A stretch of DNA of 64,000 nucleotides from Abditibacterium sp. (GCA_965246885.1 OZ251992.1:1152001-1216000), one strand, 5' to 3'. Shown: positions 8,884 to 19,002, numbered from the stretch's first letter. The notes: generated by a model from the letters alone, not told the origin. Numbers and translations are program-made.

Positions 8884-10087
8884 TTCTGCCTCCTTTGTCG
8901 CCGTTCTTGTTGCCGTCGCCAAATAAATCGTCGCCGGTGCCGCGCATGCTGGGTTTGGCGGGTTCTTTGTCTTTGTCGCGCATTTCGGCGAAGATCATCT
9001 TGCCCGCGACCGTCTGGTAAACGGTCGAGATAATGACCGCGCAGGTTTCGCCGATGTGTTGATAAGCGTCCGTCACGACGACCATCGTGCCGTCGTCGAG
9101 ATAGCCCACGCCTTGCGTCGGCTCCTTGCCTTCTTTGACGAGGGTGATTTGCATCTCCTCGCCGGGAAGCACGACCGGTTTGATGGCCTGCGCCAGTTCG
9201 TTGAGGTTGAGCACGCGCACGCCTTGCAACTCCGCGACTTTGTTGAGATTGAAGTCGTTGGTGATGATGACGCCCTCGCGCTCGCGCGCCAGTTGCACGA
9301 GCTTGGAATCAACGGCGTGGATTTTGTTGACCTGCGCCGAGAAGTCGCCCAAAACATGCACGACCGGCACCATCACCGGTTGACCGTTGACGGTGTGCGG
9401 CTCGGTGAGTTCTTTCATGGCGTTGAGTACGTCCAACCCGCGCCGTCCGCGCGCGCGGCGGATGGAATCGGACGAGTCGGCGATGTGTTGCACTTCTTCG
9501 AGGACAAAGGTGGGGATGTAGATTGGCCCTTCGATGAAGCCGGTTTTGCACAGGTCGTTGAGGCGCCCGTCAATGATGATGTTGGTGTCGAGGAACTTGG
9601 CGCGCGCGCCGTGTGTAGCGCCGGGCTTTTGTTCTTCTAATTGAGGGAAAACCCGCAGCATCTCGGCGCGCATGCTGCCCAAAAGCGCCATGCCGATGGC
9701 GGAGCACACCAGCATCACGCAGAACTTGGTGCCGATGACGAGGGGGGTGTTGACCTGAAAGGGGACGGTGATGAGCACGCCGAACAAGAGGCCGAGTAGC
9801 GCGCCCGCGATGCCAAGCACGCGGTCGGCGGCGGAGAATTGGTTGGTTTGGCGAAGCCCGGCCAAGATGACTTTGTCGGCGAAAAAGACGCCAAAGCGAG
9901 CGCCCACGACCAACAAGCCCAACCCGATGACGAAGGGCACGACCGCGCTCACACCCCCCGGTGCCGAGCCGTAGTAGTCCGGCAAAAGGGAGTAGATGTA
10001 GTAGTGGCCGAGCAAATACCCGCCCACCAAGCCGACGACGCCAAACAGCAGCGTCATCACGATCCACACAAAGCGTTGAATGTTCAT
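8825..10087 (-). CDS. Membrane PIN/TRAM domain protein (YacL-like)
   Basis: N-terminal TM helices, LDTNIIIDGR, RARGRRGLDVL, TNDFNLNKVA, GVGYLDDGTMVVV, QTVAGKMIFA; lies between radA and ispD as in Firmicutes. Confidence 0.93.
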   Translation of the reverse strand: MNIQRFVWIVMTLLFGVVGLVGGYLLGHYYIYSLLPDYYGSAPGGVSAVVPFVIGLGLLVVGARFGVFFADKVILAGLRQTNQFSAADRVLGIAGALLGLLFGVLITVPFQVNTPLVIGTKFCVMLVCSAIGMALLGSMRAEMLRVFPQLEEQKPGATHGARAKFLDTNIIIDGRLNDLCKTGFIEGPIYIPTFVLEEVQHIADSSDSIRRARGRRGLDVLNAMKELTEPHTVNGQPVMVPVVHVLGDFSAQVNKIHAVDSKLVQLAREREGVIITNDFNLNKVAELQGVRVLNLNELAQAIKPVVLPGEEMQITLVKEGKEPTQGVGYLDDGTMVVVTDAYQHIGETCAVIISTVYQTVAGKMIFAEMRDKDKEPAKPSMRGTGDDLFGDGNKNGDKGGRNGDDYGNRSGGGMRRKSRT

Positions 10088-10225
10088 TAGAAAAGCCGCA
10101 CCGGGATAATGGCAGAAACCTAAGTGTGCGGGGTAAACCGGGGGCGCGGGCGAAGTTTTTCCCGGTTTGGGCAAGGAAAGGGGGAGAAGGAGAGCTTGGC
10201 GGCTTATTCTTTCGCGCGTTGCTCC

Positions 10226-11734
10226 TTACATCTCGACGCCGAATTCGTCGCGCCCGCGCTCCTGATCCCGTTCCACCCCGCGCGGCGGGCGCTTGTCGCG
10301 TCCGCCTGATTCCCCGTTACCCCGCCCGCTACGTTCGCCCCGCGACAAGAGGGCATCTGGCAGATACCGTTCGATGGCCTCGCGCAGGTTGGCCACGCCC
10401 TTGGCTACAAACTCGCCGCGCCGCGCGCGTTCTTCCAAACCGGCGCGAGGCGATAAGCACTCGGCGAAGCCCAAGCGCGTCGCTTCCGTTTCCCGTCGCG
10501 CGGCGTGACCGACAGCGCGCACTTCGCCCGCCAAGCCGACCTCGCCCCACGCGCACAAGTTCTTGGGGAGCGGGCAGTCTTTCAAACTCGACACGACGGC
10601 GAGGGCAATAGCCAAATCCAGCGCCGGTTCGGTCACTTTGACGCCGCCCGCGACGTTAACATAGACATCCATATCGCCCAGCCGCAACCCCAAACGCTTT
10701 TCGATGACCGCCAACACGACGAGGACGCGGTTATAATCGGCGCCCGTCACCACGCGGCGCGGCGCCGCGAAGTAAGAGGGCGCGCAAAGGGCTTGCACCT
10801 CGACCAGCAAGGGCCGCGCGCCCTCGACTACCGCCGCGACCGCCGACCCCGGCGCGTTTTCGGGGCGCTGCGAGAGGAAGAGGAGAGATGGGTTTTCGAC
10901 CGACACCATACCCGCGTCGCTCATCTCGAATACGCCGAGTTCGTTGGTCGAGCCAAAGCGGTTCTTGAGCGCGCGCAAGAGGCGGAACTGGTTATGCTCG
11001 TCGCCTTCCAACTGGAGCACGCAGTCCACAATGTGTTCCAAAGCGCGCGGCCCGGCTAAGTTGCCTTCCTTCGTGACGTGCCCGACCAAGAAGATGGGGA
11101 CATCCAACTCTTTCGCTACCCTTTGGAGCGTCGTCGCGGCTTCGCGGACTTGGGTGATGGTGCCCGGAGAGGAGTCGAGCGAGGGGTGTTGCACTGTCTG
11201 GATGGAGTCCACGACGGCGATGGCGGGCTTAATGGCGCGGATGTGCGCCTCGATTTGCGTCAGGTCGGTCTCGGCGCCGAGCAACAAGTCGTCGGAGTCC
11301 AGCCCCAATCGCTGCGCCCGCAATCCGACCTGCGAGACCGACTCCTCGCCCGACAAATACAGCGCCGAGCCTTGCGAGCGCGCAATCCGCACCGCCGCTT
11401 CGATGAGCAGGGTAGATTTCCCGATGCCCGGATCGCCGCCAATCAGCACCAAACTTCCCGGCACCACGCCCCCGCCGAGCACGCGGTCGAGTTCGGGCAT
11501 CATCGTCGAATAACGGTCTTTGCGCTCCCCTTCAATCTGCGACAACGGACGCGGCGCCGCCGAGGAGAGGTTGGACGGCGCGCGCGACAACCCCGCCTTG
11601 GAAGACTTAGGCGGCGCCACCACGTTCTCTTCGGAAAACGTCGAAAACGCTTGGCAATCCGGGCAGCGCCCCAACCATTTCGCCGATTTAAAGCCGCACG
11701 CCTGACAGGTGAACTGGGAGGTAGGTTTCGCCAT
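10226..11734 (-). CDS. radA: DNA repair protein RadA/Sms
   Basis: C4 zinc finger, GGDPGIGKST, KNRFG motif, Lon-like C-terminus. Confidence 0.98.
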   Translation of the reverse strand: MAKPTSQFTCQACGFKSAKWLGRCPDCQAFSTFSEENVVAPPKSSKAGLSRAPSNLSSAAPRPLSQIEGERKDRYSTMMPELDRVLGGGVVPGSLVLIGGDPGIGKSTLLIEAAVRIARSQGSALYLSGEESVSQVGLRAQRLGLDSDDLLLGAETDLTQIEAHIRAIKPAIAVVDSIQTVQHPSLDSSPGTITQVREAATTLQRVAKELDVPIFLVGHVTKEGNLAGPRALEHIVDCVLQLEGDEHNQFRLLRALKNRFGSTNELGVFEMSDAGMVSVENPSLLFLSQRPENAPGSAVAAVVEGARPLLVEVQALCAPSYFAAPRRVVTGADYNRVLVVLAVIEKRLGLRLGDMDVYVNVAGGVKVTEPALDLAIALAVVSSLKDCPLPKNLCAWGEVGLAGEVRAVGHAARRETEATRLGFAECLSPRAGLEERARRGEFVAKGVANLREAIERYLPDALLSRGERSGRGNGESGGRDKRPPRGVERDQERGRDEFGVEM

Positions 11735-11789
11735 TGAGGTGGGATAGACGAACGTGGGCGGGCGAGGTCGCGTAAGAACAGGCCGATAC

Positions 11790-11915
11790 CGCGTCCGGCA
11801 GGACGCTTGGCGAAGCCGGATGCCGGGGGTTTCATACCCCCGAACACCTGTAACTGGGCAAGCGGTGATATAAAATCACCGGCATCCGGCTTCGCCAAGC
11901 GTCCTGCCGGACGCG
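11790..11915. repeat. REP-like long inverted repeat, family A copy 1
   Basis: Perfect 37-bp arms cgcgtccggcaggacgcttggcgaagccggatgccgg (11790-11826 / 11879-11915); the same unit recurs from 63048. Confidence 0.9.
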
Positions 11916-11996
11916 ACAAGCAATCGGCCCGTCCACATTCCCACTGGCAACATCGGCGCACTGCGAGTTGGCTATTCTTAAGCGCAATCTTTATCC

Positions 11997-13361
11997 ATGA
12001 CACCCCCTGAATTTACGGCTCCCATCGCGGCGAGCGTTTTGGTCATTGACGACGAGAAGAAGTTGGCCGGCCTGTTCGCCGAGATTCTTGAAGGCGAAGG
12101 GCTGGTCGTTCATCAGGCGCATCGGGGCGCCGATGGTTTGGCCAAGTTGGACGCCCTGATAGACGAGATTGGCATGGTCTTTACCGACATGAAGCTGCCC
12201 GACATGACGGGCAACGACGTATTGCGCGAGGTAAAGCGGCGCCGCCAAGACTTGCCCGTCGTCGTCGTGACGGGCTTTGCGACCAAGGACGGCGCGGTCG
12301 AGGCGATGCGCTTGGGCGCCTACGATTACCTTTCCAAGCCATTCAAAATCGAGGAAGTCACCCTCGTCGCGCGCCGCGCGATGGAACGGTCGCGCTTGAT
12401 AGACGAGAACCGCTACCTCCAGAACGAACTGCAGTCGCGCTACAAGTTCGAGACCGTCATCGGCGACAACGAGCGGATGCAGGCCGCCTACGTCACCGCC
12501 GCCAAAGTCGCCAAATCGACCGCGACAGTTCTCATCACCGGCGAATCGGGCACGGGCAAGGAGGTGTTGGCGCGCGCCATTCACTTCCAATCCACGCGCG
12601 CCGACAAGCCCTTTGTCAAGGTCAACTGCGCGGCGCTACCCGAACACCTGCTCGAAGACGAACTGTTCGGCCACGAAAAAGGCGCCTTCACCGACGCGAG
12701 CGCCCAGCGCATCGGGCGCTTCGAGTGGGCGCACGGCGGCACGCTGTTCCTCGACGAAATCGGCGAAGTCGCTCCCGGCGTGCAAGTCAAGCTCTTGCGC
12801 GTTCTGCAAGAGCGCGAGTTTGAGCGCATCGGATCGAGCAAAACCATCAAAGTGGACGTTCGCATCGTCGCCGCGACCAACCGCGACTTGGGCCGCGCCA
12901 TCTCGGACGGCACCTTCCGCGAGGATTTGTTCTACCGCCTCAACGTCGTGCCCATCGAACTGCCGCCCCTGCGCGACCGTCCCTCCGACATCCCGTTTCT
13001 GGTCAACCATTTCCTGCGCAAATACGGCGAAGAAACGGGCCGCCCCGACATGAAAGTCACGCCCGAAGCCCTCGTCGCCCTCCAAGCCCACCCTTGGAAG
13101 GGCAATATCCGGGAGTTGGAAAACTCCATCGAGCGCGCCATGATTCTGGCCGAACGCGACGAAATCGAGCCGCGCCACCTGCTGATTGGCGCCGCCCTCA
13201 ACGCCGGAAACGCCTACATGCCCAACGCCGCCGCCAGTGCCGCCCTCCAAACCGTCCCCGAACTCGTCGCCCGCGCTTTGGAGCGCACCAACGGCGACGA
13301 AAAAGAAGCCGCCAAACTACTGGGCTGCGACGTGAAGACCGTGCGGGCGTGGAAGGAGTGA
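11997..13361 (+). CDS. NtrC/AtoC-family sigma-54-dependent response regulator
   Basis: Receiver domain (IDDE, TDMKLP, KPF), GESGTGKE, ELFGHEKGAFTDA, FLDEIGE, FREDLFYRLNV, WKGNIRELEN, C-terminal HTH. Confidence 0.96.
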   Translation: MTPPEFTAPIAASVLVIDDEKKLAGLFAEILEGEGLVVHQAHRGADGLAKLDALIDEIGMVFTDMKLPDMTGNDVLREVKRRRQDLPVVVVTGFATKDGAVEAMRLGAYDYLSKPFKIEEVTLVARRAMERSRLIDENRYLQNELQSRYKFETVIGDNERMQAAYVTAAKVAKSTATVLITGESGTGKEVLARAIHFQSTRADKPFVKVNCAALPEHLLEDELFGHEKGAFTDASAQRIGRFEWAHGGTLFLDEIGEVAPGVQVKLLRVLQEREFERIGSSKTIKVDVRIVAATNRDLGRAISDGTFREDLFYRLNVVPIELPPLRDRPSDIPFLVNHFLRKYGEETGRPDMKVTPEALVALQAHPWKGNIRELENSIERAMILAERDEIEPRHLLIGAALNAGNAYMPNAAASAALQTVPELVARALERTNGDEKEAAKLLGCDVKTVRAWKE

Positions 13362-13364
13362 GAT

Positions 13365-13787
13365 ATGAAATCCGAATTAGAAGAGGCGCTCGAACTTAGA
13401 GACAACGCCGCCGTTGAGAGGGCCATCGAGAACGCATACCATTGCGGCCTCACCATCGAACTCGTCCCCGCGCTGCTGGCTCTGCTACCGGAGACATTTC
13501 ACACGCGACATGAAGACATCGTTCGCGCGCTTCAAGCCCTGAAAGACCCGCGCGCCGTGAACGCGCTTTACGACGCCGCGTTGGTGGAGCATCCCTACCT
13601 CGATTACGATGAAAACTTCGGGCTGGCGCGCAGATGCACTTGGGCTTTGGCCGACATCGGAACGCCCGAAGCGCGCCTTGCTTTGGAGAAGTTGGAAAAG
13701 AATCCCAACGCCCACATCGCCGGATACGCGAGGAGACGCCTTGCCAGTTGGGAGAAAGAACTTGGGAGGAAAGGGGCTTCCTCTTAA
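13365..13787 (+). CDS. Small HEAT-repeat-like protein
   Basis: HEDIVRALQALKDPRAVNALY and RCTWALADIGTPEARLALEKL resemble HEAT/PBS-lyase repeats. Confidence 0.7.
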   Translation: MKSELEEALELRDNAAVERAIENAYHCGLTIELVPALLALLPETFHTRHEDIVRALQALKDPRAVNALYDAALVEHPYLDYDENFGLARRCTWALADIGTPEARLALEKLEKNPNAHIAGYARRRLASWEKELGRKGASS

Positions 13788-13805
13788 TAGGGCGCTTCCA
13801 AATCT

Positions 13806-14102
13806 ATGTCGCATCCCATTTACAAAGTCACGTCTGTCGAAGTCGTCGCGCCTTATACGCTGCGCGTTGGGTTTGGCGACGGCACACACCAACACATCAA
13901 CTTCGAGCCGATGCTGTTCGGGCCGCTTTTTGGCCCGCTCCGCGACCTCGCGCTGTTCGAGGGCGTCCACATTGACCCGGAAGTTCACACTCTCGTTTGG
14001 CCAAACGGCGCCGATTTCGACCCCGCCACGCTCCACGATTGGCCGCAACACGCGCAAGAGTTGGCGAGGCGCGCGCGTTCGTGGGAGTTGGCGGTGGTTT
14101 GA
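13806..14102 (+). CDS. DUF2442 domain protein (putative antitoxin)
   Basis: YTLRVGFGDG...GPLFGPLRD..LF...TLVWPNGADFDPATL is the family pattern. Confidence 0.88.
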   Translation: MSHPIYKVTSVEVVAPYTLRVGFGDGTHQHINFEPMLFGPLFGPLRDLALFEGVHIDPEVHTLVWPNGADFDPATLHDWPQHAQELARRARSWELAVV

Positions 14103-14107
14103 ACGCA

Positions 14108-14635
14108 ATGCAACTCCTCGCCATTTCCGGTTCGTTGCGGGCCGCGTCGTCCAATTCGGTCTTACTTCGCGCGGCGGCGCGGTTGGCGCCGGAGGGGGTG
14201 GCGTTCGAGTTGGACGAGCGGATGGGGGCGCTGCCGCATTTCAACCCGGAGTTGGTGATTCCCGATGTGGTTGTCGAACTCAAGCGGGCGGTGCGCGAAG
14301 CGGATGGCATCGTGTTTTGCACGCCGGAGTATGTGCACGGGCTGCCGGGGGCGCTGAAGAATCTGCTCGATTGGCTGGTGTCGGACGGGGAGTTGTGGGA
14401 CAAACCGGTCGCCGTCTTGAGCGCGAAGCGGACGGAGTTCGCCGAACCGCAACTGCGCGAGGTGTTGCGGACTTTGATGGCGCGCGTGTGTGAGGAAGCG
14501 AGCGTGACGGTGCCCTTCCCGACGAATAAACTGAGCGTGGAGGACGTGCTGGCGCGGGCGGAACTTTGCGAGCCGCTTCGGGCGGCGATGGCGGCTTTTG
14601 CGGAGTTCGCTCATGCGCAGGAACTCCCATCCTAA
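14108..14635 (+). CDS. NADPH-dependent FMN reductase
   Basis: ISGSLRAASSN, ADGIVFCTPEY, PGALKNLLDWL. Confidence 0.93.
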   Translation: MQLLAISGSLRAASSNSVLLRAAARLAPEGVAFELDERMGALPHFNPELVIPDVVVELKRAVREADGIVFCTPEYVHGLPGALKNLLDWLVSDGELWDKPVAVLSAKRTEFAEPQLREVLRTLMARVCEEASVTVPFPTNKLSVEDVLARAELCEPLRAAMAAFAEFAHAQELPS

Positions 14636-14676
14636 AATCGGCGCGACGCTCCCCCGCGCGCGGCGCTCTTTCCCTT

Positions 14677-15588
14677 ATGCCTCGCTTGATTTTGACGGGC
14701 GGCTCCGGTTACTTGGGCCGCGTCTTGCATGCTCACTTCGCGCAACTCGGCTGGGACGTAAGCGTCATCTCGCGCTCCAAGCCCGACTTTCCGGCGCATT
14801 TTGTCGCGTGGGATGGCGAAACGATGGGCGATTGGGCACGGACAATTGATGGCGCGGACGCCGTTATCAACCTCGCGGGCAAAAGCGTCAACTGCCGCTA
14901 TCACGCCGAAAACAAGCGCCTGATTCGGGAGTCGCGCACGAAGACGACGGGTTTGGTCGCGCGGGCGATTGGCGAATCTTCAAGTCCGCCAAGGGTGTGG
15001 CTGAACGCTTCGAGCGCCACCTATTACCGGCACGCGCTCGACCGCGCGATGGACGAACGCGACGGCGACGAGGGACACGGCTTTTCCGTCGATGTGGTTG
15101 GGGCGTGGGAAGAAGCGCTGTTTGCGCCTGCTTTGCCCGACACCCGCCGCGTCGCGTTGCGCTTGGCAATGGCGTTTGGGCCGGGACGCGGTGGGGTGTA
15201 TGACGCGTTCGCGGCGCTTGTGAAGATGGGCTTTGGCGGGCCGATGGCGGGCGGGCGCCAGTTCGTCAGTTGGATTTACACGCACGATTTCGCCCGCGCC
15301 TGCTTGTTTCTCATCGAAAACCCGGCAATAGAAGGCGCGGTCAACGTGTGCTCGCCCCATCCTGAAACCAACGCCCGCTTTTTGTCGGATTTGCGCCGCT
15401 CGCTCAAAATTCCCGTTGCACTCCCGACGGCACGTTGGCAATTGGAACTGGGGGCGCTGGCGCGCGGAACGGAAACCGAACTGCTCCTCAAAAGCCGCCG
15501 CGTCGTTCCCGCGCGGTTGCAGGGCGTCGGTTTCCAATTCGACTTCCCGCGCTGGTCGGACGCCGCGCGCGACATCGCCGCCGCCTGA
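14677..15588 (+). CDS. TIGR01777/YfcH-like NAD-dependent epimerase family protein
   Basis: TGGSGYLG, VINLAG, WLNASSA, GRQFVSWI, SRRVVPARL...F.FDFP. Confidence 0.92.
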   Translation: MPRLILTGGSGYLGRVLHAHFAQLGWDVSVISRSKPDFPAHFVAWDGETMGDWARTIDGADAVINLAGKSVNCRYHAENKRLIRESRTKTTGLVARAIGESSSPPRVWLNASSATYYRHALDRAMDERDGDEGHGFSVDVVGAWEEALFAPALPDTRRVALRLAMAFGPGRGGVYDAFAALVKMGFGGPMAGGRQFVSWIYTHDFARACLFLIENPAIEGAVNVCSPHPETNARFLSDLRRSLKIPVALPTARWQLELGALARGTETELLLKSRRVVPARLQGVGFQFDFPRWSDAARDIAAA

Positions 15589-15606
15589 CGCCATTCTTTC
15601 GATGGT

Positions 15607-15711
15607 GTCTGCCGATCAGCCACAGGCATGCGCCAACGATTGACGCGCCTACGCCGAGCATTGACGCGCCTGTGCCAACTGATGGCGCGTGTGCGGCGAT
15701 GGGTGGCGGAC
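15607..15711. repeat. Degenerate 21-bp-period tandem array
   Basis: atgcgccaacgattgacgcgc / ctacgccgagcattgacgcgc / ctgtgccaactgatggcgcgt / gtgcggcgatgggtggcggac in register from 15628. Confidence 0.6.
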
Positions 15712-15854
15712 GTGGGCGCCTTGGCGCTGCGCCTTGCCGCGTGGCGGGCGGCGCGGTATGATTTCCCGGTCGCGCCTTCGACTCGAACGGCGGTTCCACG
15801 CCTGCCCTCGCCTCGGCCCGCGAATAATCCGCGCGACACGGAGAACTATCTGAA

Positions 15855-16886
15855 GTGGAAAGAAAATTAGCTTCGGTTCAGCGCGTGCTTGCGCTTGAAC
15901 CCATTCCCAACGCCGACGCCATCGAACTGGCCCGCATCAACGGCTGGCAGTGCGTCGTGAAGAAAGGGGAGTTCCAAGTCGGCGACTTGGGCGCCTTTTT
16001 CGAGATTGACTCGATTCCGCCCGATGTGCCCGCGTTCGCCTTTTTGTGGCGGCCCAAAGACGCCGCGCTCGGTGAGTCCGTCGCGCGGCCCGATAAGTTC
16101 CGCCTGCGCACCATGAAACTGCGTGGTGCCCTGTCGCAGGGCTTGCTCCTGCCGCTCGCCCAATTGGGTGTGGCGGGCGCCGAAGGCGACGACCTGACCT
16201 CCGCGCTTGGCGTCGAGAAATACGAGCCGCCCGCTTCGCTCACAATGGGCGGCCTAGCGCGCGGCCCGTTTCCCGGTTGGCTGCCCAAAACTGACGAAAT
16301 GCGCGTGCAAAGCGTGCCCGAAGTTTTGACCGAACTCCATGCTCTGCCCTATGTTTGCACGCTCAAATGCGACGGCACGAGCGCCAGTTACACGCTTGAC
16401 CCGCAGGGCGGCGAGTTTCACGTCTGCTCGCGCAACCTGTCTTTGGTGGACGCGGACAACGTGTATTGGAACCTCGCGCGCGACCTCGACATCGAGCGGG
16501 TTCTGCGCGACAACCCCGGCTTGGCCGTGCAGGGCGAAGTGTGCGGCCCCGGCATCCAAAAGAACCGCTTGGGCCTGAAAGCGCCCGCTTTGATGGTCTT
16601 CAACGTTTACGACATCCCCGGCGCGCGCTATCTGAGCGACGCCGACATGCGCGCCTTTTGCGCCAAGAACGGCCTGCCCGCCGTGCCCGTCATCGAGCGC
16701 GGCGACACCTTTTACCATACGCTCGACACGCTTTTGGTGCTGGCCGAGGGCAAGTATCCCGGCACCCACAACGAGCGCGAAGGCATCGTCATTCGTCCGC
16801 AAAGCGAGATGCACTCGGCGGCACTCGCCGGACGGCTCAGCTTCAAGGCGATCTCCAACCGCTTCTTGCTCAAAGACGGGGAGTAA
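15855..16886 (+). CDS. ATP-dependent RNA ligase, DRB0094 (Rnl5) family
   Basis: N-terminal RKLASVQRV..LEPIPNADAIE..GWQCVVKKGEF, LRGALSQGL, PKTDE, motif I KCDG, QGEVCG, EGIVIR, SFKAIS. Confidence 0.92.
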   Translation: MERKLASVQRVLALEPIPNADAIELARINGWQCVVKKGEFQVGDLGAFFEIDSIPPDVPAFAFLWRPKDAALGESVARPDKFRLRTMKLRGALSQGLLLPLAQLGVAGAEGDDLTSALGVEKYEPPASLTMGGLARGPFPGWLPKTDEMRVQSVPEVLTELHALPYVCTLKCDGTSASYTLDPQGGEFHVCSRNLSLVDADNVYWNLARDLDIERVLRDNPGLAVQGEVCGPGIQKNRLGLKAPALMVFNVYDIPGARYLSDADMRAFCAKNGLPAVPVIERGDTFYHTLDTLLVLAEGKYPGTHNEREGIVIRPQSEMHSAALAGRLSFKAISNRFLLKDGE

Positions 16887-16935
16887 AAGCGCCTGCGACG
16901 GCGCAGGGGCGCGTGTATCGCTCACACTGGCAAGC

Positions 16936-17820
16936 ATGACGGCGGAACTCTTCGTTGCGGGAACTCTCAAGTGCGGTGAGGGGCCGATATGGGACGGCGC
17001 GCAGGCGCGTTGGCTATGGAACGACCTCGCTTCCAATTTGGTGTTCGAGCACCACGATGGGCAGACGCGCACCCTGTCGCGCGAGTTGATGGTGGCGGGC
17101 ATTGCGCTTCACCGCGACCCCGCTTGTCTTGTCTTTGCGGGCGCGGACGGGCTACATCTGTGGCGTGAGGGGGCGCCTCTCCGAACGCTGGCCACGCATT
17201 TCGAGGGGGAAGCGCTTCATTTTAACGACATCCTCGCCGCTCCGGACGGTGGGCTGTATGCGGGCACGGTGTATTGGGGCGACGAGATGGAGAAGCCCGG
17301 CAAACTGTTCCATATTGCGCCCGATGGCGCGATGAAGGTGTTGGACGAGGGCATTGCGCACGCCAACGGCCTCGCACTGTCGCCCGATGGGGCGACGCTT
17401 TACTTCGCCGACTCCGCGACGCGCCAGATTTTAGCGTATGATGTGTTGCCCGATGGCGATGTGCGTCGTAAACGGGTGTGGGTGCAAGTGCCGCCCGATG
17501 AGGGGTTGCCCGATGGTCTAACGTGCGACGCCGCCGGGTTCGTGTGGTGCGCGCAGTGGTATGGTGGGCAAGTCGTGCGCTACGACCCGTCGGGCGCCGT
17601 TGCCGCGCGCTTGCCGCTTCCGGCAACGCAGGTGTCGAGCGTGGCACTGGGCGGGGCCGATGGGCGCGACATGCTTCTCACGACGGCGGGTGAGTGTTGG
17701 CAAAGCGCGCTTGCGCCGCCCGCTCACCCTTGGGATGCGCCGTGTGGCGGCGACGTGTATCGCGCGCGTGTCGAGGGGCCGGGGATGGAAGGAGTGGAGG
17801 AGCATCGCTGCGCATTATGA
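16936..17820 (+). CDS. SMP-30/gluconolactonase/LRE family protein
   Basis: GEGPIWD, FND, ANGLALSPDG.TLYFADS, PDGLTCD. Confidence 0.93.
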   Translation: MTAELFVAGTLKCGEGPIWDGAQARWLWNDLASNLVFEHHDGQTRTLSRELMVAGIALHRDPACLVFAGADGLHLWREGAPLRTLATHFEGEALHFNDILAAPDGGLYAGTVYWGDEMEKPGKLFHIAPDGAMKVLDEGIAHANGLALSPDGATLYFADSATRQILAYDVLPDGDVRRKRVWVQVPPDEGLPDGLTCDAAGFVWCAQWYGGQVVRYDPSGAVAARLPLPATQVSSVALGGADGRDMLLTTAGECWQSALAPPAHPWDAPCGGDVYRARVEGPGMEGVEEHRCAL

Positions 17821-18974
17821 TTATTACCCGACTGGAAACCTTCGTTGTGGGAGACGACGCGCGCGTTGACCCCGATAAAGGCGCCATTGAGCCGATGGCG
17901 TGCGTGCGCGTGCATACCGACGAAGGCATCGTGGGCTTATCCGAAGTCTTTCGCGTGCCTCCGGGCGTGGTGACGGCGACGGTAGGGGACGGCGACTCGC
18001 ATTTCGGGCGCGTTTTGCTGGGGCAAGAACTCACCCACCCCGAACGGTTGTGGCAGCGTATGTGGGATTCGTTTATGCACACGAACCGGCGCGGCTGGCA
18101 GGTCATTATTTTGGGCGCCCTTGATGTCGCGCTGTGGGATATCTACGGCCAGTCGCTCGGTCGCCCGGTGTGGCAACTGCTTGGGGGCGCCGAGCGCGGC
18201 TTTTTCCAAACGCACTCGCAAACTCCCGCAAAGGAAGTGGTGCCGTATTGCACCCTCGTGTCCGATTCGTGGGACGACGAAGGCATGATGCGGCAGCAAG
18301 TGGCGCGCGCCGAAACCCTATTAGCAGAGGGCTTTCGCGCTTTCAAAGCCGAGCCGATGATGTCGTGTCCTGCGAACGTGGTCGAACTGGCGCGGCGCAT
18401 GCGCGCGTGCATCGGGCCGGACAAGACGCTCATGGTGGATGTCGGCTACGCTTTTAACGACGTGCCCACCGTCAGTCGGATATGCCGCCAGTTGGAGGAG
18501 TTCGACGTTTTCTTCTTTGAAACGCCGTTTCCCGTTGATAACCCGGCGCCGTATGCGCGTTTGGCGGCGTGCACTTCCATTCCGTTGGCGATGGGCGAGC
18601 ACGGCGTGTCGCGCTGGGAGTTTTTCGACATGGCCGACCGGGGGCACGTTTCCGTGTTGCAGCCTTATATGACGACGTGCGGCGGTTTGACCGAAGCCAA
18701 GCGCATTGTTGAAGGCGCGCGCGAACGGGGGGCGCTGGTGTGCCCCGGCAACTGGAGTTCGCAACTCCTTGGCGCCGCGTCGTTGCACATCGCGGCCTTT
18801 TCGTCGGTCACTCCGTTCATCGAGTTCGCGCCCGCGCAGGTGTTCGAGTCGCCTCTGCGCAAGGCGCTCCAAGACGCGGGCTTTCCCGCGCAAAACGGCG
18901 CCATCGCCTTGCCGGATCGCCCCGGTATTGGCTACGAGTTGCCGCCGGACATCGAGAAGCGCTTCGCGCGCTAA
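17817..18974 (+). CDS. Mandelate racemase/muconate lactonizing enzyme family (probable sugar-acid dehydratase)
   Basis: GALDVALWDI.G, LMVD, FFETP, AMGE, PDRPGIG; ATGA overlap with the upstream gene. Confidence 0.9.
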   Translation: MIITRLETFVVGDDARVDPDKGAIEPMACVRVHTDEGIVGLSEVFRVPPGVVTATVGDGDSHFGRVLLGQELTHPERLWQRMWDSFMHTNRRGWQVIILGALDVALWDIYGQSLGRPVWQLLGGAERGFFQTHSQTPAKEVVPYCTLVSDSWDDEGMMRQQVARAETLLAEGFRAFKAEPMMSCPANVVELARRMRACIGPDKTLMVDVGYAFNDVPTVSRICRQLEEFDVFFFETPFPVDNPAPYARLAACTSIPLAMGEHGVSRWEFFDMADRGHVSVLQPYMTTCGGLTEAKRIVEGARERGALVCPGNWSSQLLGAASLHIAAFSSVTPFIEFAPAQVFESPLRKALQDAGFPAQNGAIALPDRPGIGYELPPDIEKRFAR

Positions 18975-19002
18975 GCGCATCGGGTGCGCCAAACTGCCAT
19001 CC

